Assembly (NCBI GenBank): GCA_964501555.1
Contig: CAZCTQ010000010.1
Coordinates: 30,799-94,798, forward strand
DNA: 64,000 nucleotides
Origin: an uncultured Aureispira sp.
GTDB taxonomy: Bacteria; Bacteroidota; Bacteroidia; Chitinophagales; Saprospiraceae
Reading direction: 5' to 3'
In this document: positions 12,163-22,657 of the stretch, piece by piece
How positions within the stretch are numbered: the stretch's first letter is position 1
Layout: each line of letters starts with the position of its first letter
Translations under genes and position numbers: made by a program
The notes under the pieces: generated by a model
Told to the model about the DNA's origin: nothing
The model's database searches: none
What the model saw: the letters and a program-made list of their open reading frames with translations, nothing else

Positions 12163-12891
12163 ATGGATACTAATGTAATAATTGCCATCAAGGATATATC
12201 TAAAGTATATAGAATGGGTGATGAAGTAATCAAAGCCCTTAAATCAGTATCTCTTGATATTCATGTAAATGAGTATGTAGCGCTTATGGGGCCGTCTGGA
12301 TCCGGTAAAAGTACGCTGATGAATATTTTAGGCTGCCTAGATAGTCCATCATCTGGTACTTATGTCCTTAATGGCATTGATGTATCTAAAATGGATGATG
12401 GCGATCTTGCAGAAGTTAGAAACCGACAGATTGGTTTTGTATTCCAAACATTTAATCTTTTGCCTAGGTTGAGTGCACTTGATAATGTGGCCTTACCATT
12501 GGTATATGCCGGATTTTCTAAGACCTATAGAAGAGAAAAAGCAGCAGAAGCATTGGATAGAGTCGGGCTCTCTGATAGAATGCACCATAGGCCAAACGAG
12601 CTATCCGGTGGTCAACGCCAAAGGGTAGCTATTGCTCGAGCACTCGTTAATGATCCTTCTTTAATCCTTGCTGACGAGCCTACTGGTAATCTGGATACAA
12701 AGACATCCATAGAGATAATGGGGATTTTTGAAAAAATACACAATGCAGGCAATACAGTAGTCTTGGTGACACATGAGCCTGATATTGCTGCGTATGCACA
12801 CCGTATAGTCAGATTGCGTGATGGCCTTGTAGAAATTGATGAGTCCAATAAAAATATCTTAAAGATATCGGATAGTAATATGATAAAATAA
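12163..12891 (+). CDS. ABC transporter ATP-binding protein (MacB/LolD-like)
   Basis: Walker [10 protein letters not shown], signature LSGGQRQR, Walker [13 protein letters not shown]. No permease gene is adjacent. Confidence 0.9.
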   Translation: MDTNVIIAIKDISKVYRMGDEVIKALKSVSLDIHVNEYVALMGPSGSGKSTLMNILGCLDSPSSGTYVLNGIDVSKMDDGDLAEVRNRQIGFVFQTFNLLPRLSALDNVALPLVYAGFSKTYRREKAAEALDRVGLSDRMHHRPNELSGGQRQRVAIARALVNDPSLILADEPTGNLDTKTSIEIMGIFEKIHNAGNTVVLVTHEPDIAAYAHRIVRLRDGLVEIDESNKNILKISDSNMIK

Positions 12892-12893
12892 TA

Positions 12894-13430
12894 CTATTTA
12901 AAAAAACTAAAGATACTATCACCATATCGTCTGTCCTCTATAAAATGAATATGGTTTTTAAAACTATGCTTAGTACCGTGTTCTAAGATAAATAAGCCTT
13001 CCGGATTCAAAATGTTCTTTTCGAAAATGATATTTGGAATTGCTTCAAGTGTAGAAATGTCGTAAGGTGGATCGGCAAAAATCAGGTCATATCCATTGTG
13101 GTTGGTTGCTATAAATTTGATTACATCAGCTTTGACAATGGTAATGAAGGTTTTAATTTCTAAATCTTTAGCTATCTCGGTTACAAAACGAATACAACCT
13201 GGAAAATTATCAACATAAGTAACATCTTTACAGCCTCTTGATATCATTTCATAGCTTATATTGCCTGTCCCACCAAATAAATCCAATACTTTAAGATTTT
13301 CAAATTCTAATCTGTTACTTAAAATATTAAAAAGTCCTTCTTTAGCAAAATCGGTTGTCGGTCGGGTCGGCCAGTTTTTGGCAGGTGGATTGAAGCGCCT
13401 GCCTTTATATTGACCGCCGATTATACGCAT
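12894..13430 (-). CDS. rsmD: 16S rRNA (guanine966-N2)-methyltransferase
   Basis: 178 aa with LDLFGGTGN and the DPPY motif (IFADPPYD). Confidence 0.85.
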   Translation of the reverse strand: MRIIGGQYKGRRFNPPAKNWPTRPTTDFAKEGLFNILSNRLEFENLKVLDLFGGTGNISYEMISRGCKDVTYVDNFPGCIRFVTEIAKDLEIKTFITIVKADVIKFIATNHNGYDLIFADPPYDISTLEAIPNIIFEKNILNPEGLFILEHGTKHSFKNHIHFIEDRRYGDSIFSFFK

Positions 13431-14209
13431 GATTTACTCATGAAGTGCGTAAAATAATAATGAGGTTTAAATTCTGTTCCTTGAATAAGTTTGAAGTTGG
13501 GATTTTCAATAAATTTTATATTACCCATGTATCTTAAAAAGGATTGGAATATCTCCGACTCCTTCTCTATCATACCGCTAATGATCTTTGAGTCGTGTGT
13601 GGGATTGATTGCATGCAACTTGCAGGCTGCTAAAATAAAGTATAATAAATCATTAGCAGATTTATAGGAATAAGAATTATAAAAATTTAGAATGCCTTCT
13701 TTTTGTATAAAAATAGAAGCCATTTTTTCTTCTAAATGAATATGTAAAAGTGGTTGTTGTATTCCAATATAAAAGCTTGATAGCCCGAAAACAAAAGTAT
13801 GGATCTTATATTTGTTTGCACCAAATAATAAATCTAATATATTAATTTGTGCCTGTGATATTCCGTAATAATTATATACGGTGGATCCCGGTAATTTCTC
13901 TATGTGGACGTCTTTAAACTCAAACCCCGGTATTATATTGGAGATGTCTTCATCCAAAAACGATAATTGATGTGTATTTCCAGTGATGGCGATAACGGAT
14001 ATTTTATCGTAGTTTTCATTAAAATCTGGATTTGATTTTAATAAGTCAAAAGTATCGGATGAGCTAAATACTAAATTTTCATAGGATTGGTGTTTTATTA
14101 AAACCCCGTCAGTGTCAAAAACTGCGAAATTGAGCTGGTCTTTTGTCAATGTGACGGATAAATGGCTTTTTGCTCTGTTACCTGATATTTTAAAATCTCT
14201 TTGTAGCAT
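13421..14209 (-). CDS. Hypothetical protein, DUF3822-like
   Basis: 262 aa, overlapping rsmD by 10 nt. The family is recalled from memory as the usual Bacteroidota neighbour of rsmD, so the function call is weak. Confidence 0.55.
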   Translation of the reverse strand: MLQRDFKISGNRAKSHLSVTLTKDQLNFAVFDTDGVLIKHQSYENLVFSSSDTFDLLKSNPDFNENYDKISVIAITGNTHQLSFLDEDISNIIPGFEFKDVHIEKLPGSTVYNYYGISQAQINILDLLFGANKYKIHTFVFGLSSFYIGIQQPLLHIHLEEKMASIFIQKEGILNFYNSYSYKSANDLLYFILAACKLHAINPTHDSKIISGMIEKESEIFQSFLRYMGNIKFIENPNFKLIQGTEFKPHYYFTHFMSKSCV

Positions 14210-14317
14210 GAATTCTAAGGTGTTTAATCAATAATACGGCGACAAATAACCTTTTAACTTGATTTACGTTAAACAATATGATATATAATTGTATTTTTAA
14301 TGCTGCAAATATATATG

Positions 14318-14325
14318 TATTTTTG
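14318..14325 (+). promoter_or_regulatory. Candidate Bacteroidota -7 promoter box (TAnnTTTG)
   Basis: TATTTTTG matches TAnnTTTG exactly, 40 nt upstream of the tsaD start. No clear -33 TTTG partner was identified. Confidence 0.25.
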
Positions 14326-14365
14326 CGAATTTTGAACCTGTGTTGAAAGTAAATTCCAATTTATA

Positions 14366-15382
14366 TTGACAAATAGAAATATTACAATCTTAGCTATAGA
14401 GTCTTCATGTGATGATACAAGTGCTGCCATTGTACAAAATGGGGTAGTGCTGTCTAATATAATTGCTAATCAAGATGTACATAAAACCTACGGTGGTGTA
14501 GTTCCTGAACTGGCAAGTCGTCAGCATTTGATGAATATCATTCCTGTTATTGATGTTGCCTTGAACGATTGTGGTAAGACGCTTCATGATATTGACGGTA
14601 TAGCATTTACAAGAGGGCCAGGATTATTAGGTAGTCTGATCGTTGGTGTATCTACAGCGAAAGCATTGGCTCTAAGCCTGGATATACCTATGGTGGAAGT
14701 GCATCACATGAAGGCCCATGTTTTAGCTCATTTTGCTGAAGATCCTAAGCCGCCTTTCCCTTTTTTGTGTTTGACTGTATCCGGTGGTCATACCCAAATC
14801 ATTAAAGTTAATGATTATGATGATATGGAAGTAATCGGCGCTACTCGCGATGATGCAGCAGGTGAGGCTTTTGATAAGACAGGAAAAATGTTAGGATTGG
14901 AATATCCTGCTGGTCCCGTAATAGATCGGCTTGCCCAGCAAGGGCGACATATTTTTAATTTTCCTGAGCCTCAAATTGATGGTTTGGATTTTAGCTTTAG
15001 CGGCTTAAAAACCTCAATTTTGTATTTTTTGCAAAGGAAAGTCGCCGAAAACCCTAATTTTATCCATGAAAATCTACCTGATATATGTTGTTCCGTACAA
15101 CAAACAATAGTCGATATTCTAATCAATAAGGTTAAAAAAGCAGTGAAACAAACTGGGATAAAACATGTCGGTATTGCGGGAGGTGTATCCGCAAATAGTG
15201 GTTTGAGAAAGGCTATACAATCCATTGGTAAGGCTGAAGGCTGGACAACTTATATCCCGGCTTTCCAATATGCTACGGATAATGCCGGCATGATAGGTAT
15301 AGCAGGCTACTACCTCTATCTCAAAGGTCGTTTTGTTGATCAAAGTGTAGCGCCATTAGCAAGGATGGATATGAATGCTTAG
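14366..15382 (+). CDS. tsaD: tRNA N6-adenosine threonylcarbamoyltransferase
   Basis: 338 aa with ILAIESSCDDTS, HHMKAH metal ligands and GGVSAN. The apparent start is TTG, so the start coordinate is less certain. Confidence 0.92.
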   Translation: MTNRNITILAIESSCDDTSAAIVQNGVVLSNIIANQDVHKTYGGVVPELASRQHLMNIIPVIDVALNDCGKTLHDIDGIAFTRGPGLLGSLIVGVSTAKALALSLDIPMVEVHHMKAHVLAHFAEDPKPPFPFLCLTVSGGHTQIIKVNDYDDMEVIGATRDDAAGEAFDKTGKMLGLEYPAGPVIDRLAQQGRHIFNFPEPQIDGLDFSFSGLKTSILYFLQRKVAENPNFIHENLPDICCSVQQTIVDILINKVKKAVKQTGIKHVGIAGGVSANSGLRKAIQSIGKAEGWTTYIPAFQYATDNAGMIGIAGYYLYLKGRFVDQSVAPLARMDMNA

Positions 15383-15397
15383 GACATAGAATTAGCT

Positions 15398-16681
15398 TTA
15401 CGCATTAGCGTTAGATATTTTGGTCTTATACATAAAATAAAAACTTATTACAAACAGTATAGCCAGTGCCAAAACTGAATATCTCATATTTTGGGTAAGG
15501 TTATCTACAAAGCCAAAAATGAAAGTTCCGCTGACAATAGATGTTTTATAAACCACGTCATAAAAGCTAAAAAAGGAAGTTGTACTTTGGTTGTTTTTGG
15601 GGATTATTTTCGAATATGTGGCTCTGGATAGAGATTGGATACCGCCCATGACCATACCTACCATACCTGATAATACATAAAAATATAGCTTATCTGTGGT
15701 GAAATAAGCACCAAAACAAATCACCATCCATATCGCAATCATGATAAGAATGGAGAATCGATTACCTTTTTTGTTGCCGATATAAGAAAACAAATGAGCA
15801 CCACCGATGGCTACGATTTGAAGGATGAGTACTAAGATGATCAGCTCAGAAGTTTCGAAATTGAGTTCTTTTTTTGCGAAAATTGTAGCGAGATATATGA
15901 CTGTTTGGACGCCGGCACTGTAAAAGAAAAAGGCGGTTAGAAATCTTTTTGCATTTGGATGATGTTTGAGTATATTCCAAACTTGGATAATCTCATTATA
16001 TCCATTTTTTAGGATTCCTGATTTTATTTCAGTTTTATTATCTTTAGGTAAATACCGGAAAGTATATTGCGAAAAGCCAAACCACCATATACCTACCATG
16101 GCAAAACCTATCCTGGCAGCCATCTGCCCATCTGCCAGACCAAAAGTAGCAGGCATTTGTATCATCATTAATATAATAATCAACAAAATAACGCTGCCTA
16201 TATAACCTAAAATATATCCGCGGGCACTGACCGCATTATATCTATCTTCTGTAGCAATAATAGGTAGATATGAATCATAAAAAACAAGGCTACCAGCAAA
16301 TCCGATGGTAGCAGTGATAAACGCAAAGGTAGCTAACCAGACATCAGCATCACTTTTAAACCAAAACAACCCTGAACAAGCAATGGAGCCCATTATGGTA
16401 AATATTTTTAAAAAAAACATTCGCCTGCCACTGTAGTCGGCAATACCAGACAGTAAAGGTGATAAAGTTGCTATGATTATATATGCAAAAGATACTGAAA
16501 AGGAATATAAGGCCGTGTTTGTAAAAGAAAAATCACCAATCAGGATTTCCTTAGCAGTAAATTGTTCAAAGTATCCTGGAAAAATAGCTGTTGAAATGAC
16601 TAAAGCATATGCTGAGTTTGCCCAGTCAAACATCGTCCATGCGTGGATGGTCTTTTTGTCGTTGAGTGTTGTTGAGGTCAT
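15398..16681 (-). CDS. MFS transporter (UMF1/Atg22-like)
   Basis: 427 aa with about 12 predicted hydrophobic helices and an N-terminal WTMFDWANSAY pattern typical of the UMF1 family. Confidence 0.8.
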   Translation of the reverse strand: MTSTTLNDKKTIHAWTMFDWANSAYALVISTAIFPGYFEQFTAKEILIGDFSFTNTALYSFSVSFAYIIIATLSPLLSGIADYSGRRMFFLKIFTIMGSIACSGLFWFKSDADVWLATFAFITATIGFAGSLVFYDSYLPIIATEDRYNAVSARGYILGYIGSVILLIIILMMIQMPATFGLADGQMAARIGFAMVGIWWFGFSQYTFRYLPKDNKTEIKSGILKNGYNEIIQVWNILKHHPNAKRFLTAFFFYSAGVQTVIYLATIFAKKELNFETSELIILVLILQIVAIGGAHLFSYIGNKKGNRFSILIMIAIWMVICFGAYFTTDKLYFYVLSGMVGMVMGGIQSLSRATYSKIIPKNNQSTTSFFSFYDVVYKTSIVSGTFIFGFVDNLTQNMRYSVLALAILFVISFYFMYKTKISNANA

Positions 16682-16793
16682 CGTATTGTTTTGAATCCTC
16701 TAAAGTATAAATTATTTGTATTCTAGTGAAATTTTATGAGAATTATTTTAAATTTTATGTTTTAGAGTATATTTACGCCCTAATTTAATTTGG

Positions 16794-17669
16794 ATGAATA
16801 TAGTTATTCTTTCTCGCAGCAATGCCCTATATAGTACTCAAAGTCTGATCGAGGCAGCGAGACAGCGTAACCACTCTGTAAGGGTGATAGATCACATGTA
16901 TTGTGATTTAATTATAGAGCCAGAAAAGTCAAAAATCTTATATCATAATCAGCCAGTAGATCATGTAGATGCTGTCATCCCTCGCATAGGTGCTAGTGTT
17001 ACTAATTATGGCGTTATGATATTGAGACAGTTAGAAAGTCAGCGTATTTTTACCACTTTAAAAGCCGACCCATTGTTGATGGCTAGAGATAAAATGTCTT
17101 GTATGCAGATATTGAGTAGTCAAGGAATCAGGGTGCCCAAAACTATTTATATCAGTAATGCCTATACTATACCTCATTTATTAGATGAGATAGGTAATTA
17201 TCCGGTAATCATAAAACTGGCTTCAGGTACTCAAGGTATGGGTGTTATTCTAGCGGAGAGCAAAAGTAATGCTGAGTCGATACTTGAAGCATTTTATACA
17301 ACAAAGGAGAAAGTACTTCTTCAGCAATTTGTAAAAGAGGCAAATGGCTCGGATGTCAGAGCTTTTGTGGTGGATGGTAAGGTAGTTGCTGCAATGAAGC
17401 GAACTGCTAAGCCTGGAGACTTTAGGTCTAATATGCATAGAGGTGGTTCTATGGAAAATATTAAGTTGACCAGTCAAGAAGAAGAGACCGCTATTAAGGC
17501 AGCTAAAATACTAGGGCTCCCTATAGCGGGTGTAGATATGTTGCCTACTGTGCAAGGACCTGTCATCCTTGAGGTTAATGTCTCACCGGGCCTAGAAGGT
17601 ATAGAGACTACTACTGGAATCGATATTGCTGGAGCTATTATTGAGTTTATTGAGAAACATAAATCCTGA
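16794..17669 (+). CDS. rimK: RimK-family ATP-grasp alpha-L-glutamate ligase
   Basis: 291 aa. The ATP-grasp pattern (PVIIKLASGTQGMGV, SNMHRGG, GVDML, LEVNVSPG) is typical of RimK. Confidence 0.85.
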   Translation: MNIVILSRSNALYSTQSLIEAARQRNHSVRVIDHMYCDLIIEPEKSKILYHNQPVDHVDAVIPRIGASVTNYGVMILRQLESQRIFTTLKADPLLMARDKMSCMQILSSQGIRVPKTIYISNAYTIPHLLDEIGNYPVIIKLASGTQGMGVILAESKSNAESILEAFYTTKEKVLLQQFVKEANGSDVRAFVVDGKVVAAMKRTAKPGDFRSNMHRGGSMENIKLTSQEEETAIKAAKILGLPIAGVDMLPTVQGPVILEVNVSPGLEGIETTTGIDIAGAIIEFIEKHKS

Positions 17670-17675
17670 TATATC

Positions 17676-18668
17676 GTGATACAATTAGATAATTTTAAAT
17701 TGCAACAAGTAGATGACCTGATCATTAATGACGTAATTGTGGAGCCAGGTAAGATACATTCTATCAAAATTTATGCAGGAAGGCTCCCTTCTGATACAAA
17801 GATTAGTGTATATGCACATATATTACATACAGGTATTCCTGGGCCATCACTGTTGTTATTAGGTGGTGTCCATGGTAACGAAATTAATGGTATTGAGATT
17901 GTGAGAAGAAGTTTGGAAGAACATTTTTATTCAGGGCTGTTAAGAGGAACTGTCATTGTTATTCCGTTATTGAATATCTATGGGTTTATCAACTTTAGTA
18001 GAGCTGTGCCAGATGGAAAGGATGTTAATAGATCTTTTCCCGGTAATTCGAGTGGATCACTAGCTGCAAGGGTAGCCCGCATCATTACAAAAAATATTTT
18101 ACCTTATGTCGATGTGGCAATTGACTTTCATACTGGTGGGGAAGCCCGATATAATTATCCTCAGGTGAGATTTATAAGTCAGGACCCTATTGCAAAACAA
18201 ATGGCTATCGACTTTAATACAAAGTATCTGATAGAAAACATACCCGTTGCTAATTCCTTTAGACGAGCTGCTAAGGATGTAAAAGTACCTGCAATCCTGT
18301 TTGAAGGAGGTGAATCCATCAGGTTGGACCAAAATGCTATCATGTCAGGGACAAATGGAATCCTTAGGATCCTTCAAGCTTTTCAAATGAAGAAAGGGGA
18401 TGTAGGTCCTCCATTGGAAGAGAGATTTATTATACATAAATCTAACTGGTTGAGAGCATCTTCCTCCGGATTGTTTATATGGGAACGACAATCAGGCGAA
18501 TTTGTAGAAAAAGGCGAAAAGCTAGGCGAAATCAAAGACCCTTTTGGAACCAAAAAAATAGATGTCATAGCAAAGTTCTCCGGTCACATTATAGGACATA
18601 ATAATGCTTGTGTAGTTTCTCTAGGCGATGCCTTATTTCATATAGGAAGTGATTTTTCAAAATTATAA
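17676..18668 (+). CDS. Succinylglutamate desuccinylase/aspartoacylase (AstE/AspA, M14-like) family zinc hydrolase
   Basis: 330 aa with zinc motifs GGVHGNEINGIE (HxxE) and DFHTG. The apparent start is GTG, 7 nt after rimK. Confidence 0.8.
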   Translation: MIQLDNFKLQQVDDLIINDVIVEPGKIHSIKIYAGRLPSDTKISVYAHILHTGIPGPSLLLLGGVHGNEINGIEIVRRSLEEHFYSGLLRGTVIVIPLLNIYGFINFSRAVPDGKDVNRSFPGNSSGSLAARVARIITKNILPYVDVAIDFHTGGEARYNYPQVRFISQDPIAKQMAIDFNTKYLIENIPVANSFRRAAKDVKVPAILFEGGESIRLDQNAIMSGTNGILRILQAFQMKKGDVGPPLEERFIIHKSNWLRASSSGLFIWERQSGEFVEKGEKLGEIKDPFGTKKIDVIAKFSGHIIGHNNACVVSLGDALFHIGSDFSKL

Positions 18669-18788
18669 ATTGTGCTTCGTATTATTGAGTAGTAAGCTTT
18701 AAAATATCTTTAATTTTATTAATTTTTTGAAAATCTAAAATTTATTCATTGTGATAAAATCGTCTAAATTGATATAAATCAAATAGTT

Positions 18789-18824
18789 AATTCATATATA
18801 AAATATACATAATATGAATTTTTT
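18789..18824 (+). terminator. Possible AT-rich hairpin terminator upstream of acpP
   Basis: AATTCATAT (18789-18797) pairs with ATATGAATT (18812-18820) and is followed by a T-run. It lies 120 nt downstream of the M14-like gene. Confidence 0.3.
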
Positions 18825-18894
18825 GAACGAAATGTTTGTTTATCATTTATTGTTTAATTTATTTTGCCCTTTAATTTAGAAAACATTAAAAAAA

Positions 18895-19131
18895 ATGTCA
18901 GAAATAGCAGAAAAAGTAAAAAAAATCATCATTGACAAATTAGGTGTTGATGAATCAGAAGTAACCAATGAGGCGAACTTTAATAATGACCTTGGTGCGG
19001 ATTCTTTGGATACAGTAGAGTTGATTATGGAATTCGAAAAAGAATTTGATGTTTCTATTCCGGATGATCAGGCTGAAAAAATCCAGACTGTAGGACAGGC
19101 GATAGAGTTTTTAGAAGCTAATAAAGCTTAA
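18895..19131 (+). CDS. acpP: Acyl carrier protein
   Basis: 78 aa with the phosphopantetheine attachment site [13 protein letters not shown]. Confidence 0.95.
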   Translation: MSEIAEKVKKIIIDKLGVDESEVTNEANFNNDLGADSLDTVELIMEFEKEFDVSIPDDQAEKIQTVGQAIEFLEANKA

Positions 19132-19153
19132 GATTCGTTCATTCAAAATTTTT

Positions 19154-19196
19154 AAATCCACAAGGGCGTTTTATATGCTTTTGTGGATTTTTTTGT
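19154..19196 (+). terminator. Rho-independent terminator/attenuator after acpP
   Basis: AAATCCACAA (19154-19163) pairs with TTGTGGATTT (19181-19190) and runs into a T tract. Confidence 0.6.
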
Positions 19197-19447
19197 TAGT
19201 AATTTTTCAGATAAGATTGATTGAACATCTGGTGAGTTCAATGTAGTTTTATGTTTGCTATATAGATTACTAACAAATTGATAGGACCTTATAAGTAGGG
19301 ATAAACTTGTGTTATGCAGATTATCTAGACCAAATTATGTAATAAAGAAATATTGCATTGAACATACTTAAAAAAAGTTATTGGATAAAAATTGTAGAAT
19401 TTCAAAAAAAACTACGATTTTTGCCAAATCTAAACTAAAATACGAAT

Positions 19448-20695
19448 ATGAGACGAGTAGTTATAACGGGAATGGGAGCCTTGACGCCGATTGGTAACAA
19501 TTATAAGGCCTATGTTGATGGCTTAAAAAATGGAATAAGTGGTGCTGGCCCAATAACCAAATTTGATGCTTCTTTCTTTAAAGTTAAATTTGCCTGCGAA
19601 TTAAAAAACTTTGATATAGAGCAATTTATTCCCAAAAAGGATGCACGTCGTTTAGATCCGTTTGCACAGTATGCCTTAGTTGTTGCGGATGAAGCCATCC
19701 AAATGGCAGGTCTTAATCCTGAAACTTTAGATTTAGATAGGGTTGGAGTAGTTTGGGGTACTGGTATTGGTGGCTTTGAGACCATCGAACATGATATTTC
19801 GGAAGCTGCATTGTGGACAGGCGAGCCAAGATACAGTCCATTCTTAATCCCTAAATTAATAGGTGATATTGCACCCGGACATATTTCAATTAAGTATGGT
19901 TTTAGAGGTATCAACTATGGTACGGTTTCAGCGTGCGCATCTTCTACGCACTCTATTATTGCTTCCTTTGACTATATACGTTATGGTAGAGCAGATGTAA
20001 TGATAACAGGTGGGTCCGAAGCAGCTATCACACGTGCAAGCGTGGGTGGTTTCTCTGCTATGAAAGCGATGTCTGAGCGAAATGATGATCCTAAAACTGC
20101 TAGTCGTCCTTTTGATAAGGACAGAGATGGGTTTGTTTTGGGTGAAGGTGCAGGCGCTTTAGTTTTGGAAGAGCTGGAGCATGCTCTAAAGCGTGGAGCT
20201 ACTATCTATGGCGAAATTGTAGGTGGCGGCATGACAGCAGATGCATACCACATGACAGCACCGCATCCAGAAGGACTTGGTGCCAGAAATGTTATGACTT
20301 TAGCTATAAAGGACGCAGGCATGAATCCTTCAGATATAGAATATGTTAATGTGCATGGGACTTCTACACCATTGGGTGATGTGGCTGAGGTCAAAGCGAT
20401 ACAGTCTGTATTTGGCGAAAATGCATACAATCTCAATATATCCAGTACTAAATCCATGACAGGACATTTATTAGGTGGTGCCGGTGCGATCGAGGCCATA
20501 GCTTGCGTTGCTGCAATTAACGAAGGCTTTATTCCGCCTACTATTAATCACTTTACTGATGATGATGCTTTTGATCCAGCATTGAATTTTACATTTAATA
20601 AGGCACAGGATAGGAGGATAGATACGGCTTTAAGTAATACTTTTGGTTTTGGTGGACATAATGCTTCTTTAGTCGTAAAAAGATATAAGCAGTAG
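19448..20695 (+). CDS. fabF: Beta-ketoacyl-ACP synthase II
   Basis: 415 aa with active-site Cys in SACASS, plus HGTSTP and GHLLGGAG motifs. Confidence 0.95.
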   Translation: MRRVVITGMGALTPIGNNYKAYVDGLKNGISGAGPITKFDASFFKVKFACELKNFDIEQFIPKKDARRLDPFAQYALVVADEAIQMAGLNPETLDLDRVGVVWGTGIGGFETIEHDISEAALWTGEPRYSPFLIPKLIGDIAPGHISIKYGFRGINYGTVSACASSTHSIIASFDYIRYGRADVMITGGSEAAITRASVGGFSAMKAMSERNDDPKTASRPFDKDRDGFVLGEGAGALVLEELEHALKRGATIYGEIVGGGMTADAYHMTAPHPEGLGARNVMTLAIKDAGMNPSDIEYVNVHGTSTPLGDVAEVKAIQSVFGENAYNLNISSTKSMTGHLLGGAGAIEAIACVAAINEGFIPPTINHFTDDDAFDPALNFTFNKAQDRRIDTALSNTFGFGGHNASLVVKRYKQ

Positions 20696-20697
20696 TA

Positions 20698-21441
20698 TTG
20701 GACTTCCTCAGGCGTTTTTATAATCAGTATTTTTCAAGTGATAAGGTGTTGGCTTTACAATTAAAGCCTATTATTGGTTTTGTGCCGGCCAATTTATCTA
20801 TTTTTAAGACGGCCTTTTATCATAAGTCAATGTCTAATGAAAGGCCCAATCAAATGACCAATGAGCGACTTGAATATCTTGGTGATGCTATCTTATCTAC
20901 GGTCGTAGCCGAATATCTCTTTAAGAAATATCCGAATAGAGATGAAGGATTTTTAACAAAGATGCGTTCTAAAATTGTCAAAAGGCAGACACTTAATGAA
21001 ATCGCTGATAACATGGGATTGGATGTGATCCTTTCGGAGTTTAGCCTAGGAAAAATGAGTAGTGCAATGCTTGGTAATGCACTAGAAGCTTTGATAGGTG
21101 CCATTTATCTGGAATTTGGTTATGAAAAAACCCGTGACTATGTGATTAAGAAAATCTTGAAATCGTATCTTGATATTGAAGAATTGGAACAAAAGGATGA
21201 TAATCATAAGTCCGTGCTCCTTGAATGGTGTCAGAAAAATGGTAAAGAAGTTCAGTTTGTTACCTTGTCAAGAGAAAAAGTCGATAAACGCGACTTTTTT
21301 AAAGTGGCAGTGAATGTTGGTGGCATAGAAATTTCTACAGCAGAGGATTTTAATAAGAAATCTGCAGAACAAATAGCTGCTGACAAAGCCATAACAAAGC
21401 TAAATATAGTCGGAGCCAATGGAGATATTAGAACACACTAA
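20698..21441 (+). CDS. rnc: Ribonuclease III
   Basis: 247 aa with the RNase III signature ERLEYLGDA and a C-terminal dsRBD-like region. The apparent start is TTG, 2 nt after the fabF stop. Confidence 0.9.
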   Translation: MDFLRRFYNQYFSSDKVLALQLKPIIGFVPANLSIFKTAFYHKSMSNERPNQMTNERLEYLGDAILSTVVAEYLFKKYPNRDEGFLTKMRSKIVKRQTLNEIADNMGLDVILSEFSLGKMSSAMLGNALEALIGAIYLEFGYEKTRDYVIKKILKSYLDIEELEQKDDNHKSVLLEWCQKNGKEVQFVTLSREKVDKRDFFKVAVNVGGIEISTAEDFNKKSAEQIAADKAITKLNIVGANGDIRTH

Positions 21442-21444
21442 TAT

Positions 21445-22656
21445 ATGGATTCATTAACCCAAATCGTCCTTGGAGCTGCTATGGGTGAAGCAACCCTAGG
21501 CAGGAAAGTAGGCAACAGAGCTATGATATGGGGCGCCATTGCTGGTACTATTCCGGATTTAGATATGTTTGCTAATTATTTTATGTCGCCTATTGATGCA
21601 CTGGCTTTTCATCGAGGTATCACACATGCCTTGCTTACAAATTTTATTCTGGCCTTGATCTTAGGCTGGGCTGTTTTTAAATTGTATCAATATCCATGGC
21701 ATAGATGGGTCGCGATTGTCACTTGGAGTTTATTTGGTTTAGCAATAATAGGCTTTTTGACATTGAAAAATGGTGTTACTATACTCGCTTCTCTTCTTTT
21801 TATTGTTATATTTGCTGGATGGATATATATTTTATATAAGCGTTATTTTAGAAATGGATATGAGACGCCAGTAGCATCTTTAAGAGGTTGGATATGGCTT
21901 TTTTTGCTTGCGCTGATTACGCATCCGATACTGGACTGCTTTACTACCTACGGAACTCAGATTTTTTTACCTTTTTCTAATATGCGGGTAGCCTTTAACA
22001 ATATATCTGTAGTAGATCCTGCATATACATTACCCTTTTTAGTATGCTTGTTGTCAGCTGCTTCTTTTAAGAGAAGTAATCCTTCCCGAAGGTTTTGGAA
22101 CAATGCAGGCCTTTTGCTAAGCTCTGTATATATGGTTTTTACCATTGTCAATAAAACACGCGTCAATACCATTTTTGAAAATTCACTGGCAATGGCTGAT
22201 GTGCAGTATAAACGGTTTATAACAGTACCTACTATTATGAATAATATCCTTTGGTATGGAATTGCTGAGACTAAGGATAGTTATGTCTATGGTATGTATT
22301 CCTTTTTTGACACAGACAAGAAGTTCCAATTACATACTAAGGAAAAGGATTATTTATCCCTTGGTGATACCCTAAATAGTGACAAGACGCTTCACATTTT
22401 ACAATGGTTTAGTGATGGCTATTTTGATATCACTAAAGTGAGTGATATGGATTATGAATATACAGATTTGAGGTTTGGAAATCTTCCAATAGATTCAGAT
22501 CAAAAAGATAAAGTTGCTTTTAAATTTGAGTTAGATAGGTACCCTAATGGAACTTTTGAATTGCTTAAAAACACCCAAAAACCTAAAAATCTGGATGTGG
22601 CCAAGGCTTTTCATGCATTGTGGGACAGGACTTTAGGTAGAACCAAGGAAGATTAG
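21445..22656 (+). CDS. Membrane-bound metal-dependent hydrolase (YdjM/DUF457-like) with extended C-terminal domain
   Basis: 403 aa. The N-terminal MDSLTQIVLGAA..HRGITH pattern and several TM helices are typical of the YdjM family. The C-terminal ~180 aa are soluble and unassigned. Confidence 0.6.
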   Translation: MDSLTQIVLGAAMGEATLGRKVGNRAMIWGAIAGTIPDLDMFANYFMSPIDALAFHRGITHALLTNFILALILGWAVFKLYQYPWHRWVAIVTWSLFGLAIIGFLTLKNGVTILASLLFIVIFAGWIYILYKRYFRNGYETPVASLRGWIWLFLLALITHPILDCFTTYGTQIFLPFSNMRVAFNNISVVDPAYTLPFLVCLLSAASFKRSNPSRRFWNNAGLLLSSVYMVFTIVNKTRVNTIFENSLAMADVQYKRFITVPTIMNNILWYGIAETKDSYVYGMYSFFDTDKKFQLHTKEKDYLSLGDTLNSDKTLHILQWFSDGYFDITKVSDMDYEYTDLRFGNLPIDSDQKDKVAFKFELDRYPNGTFELLKNTQKPKNLDVAKAFHALWDRTLGRTKED

Positions 22657-22657
22657 G

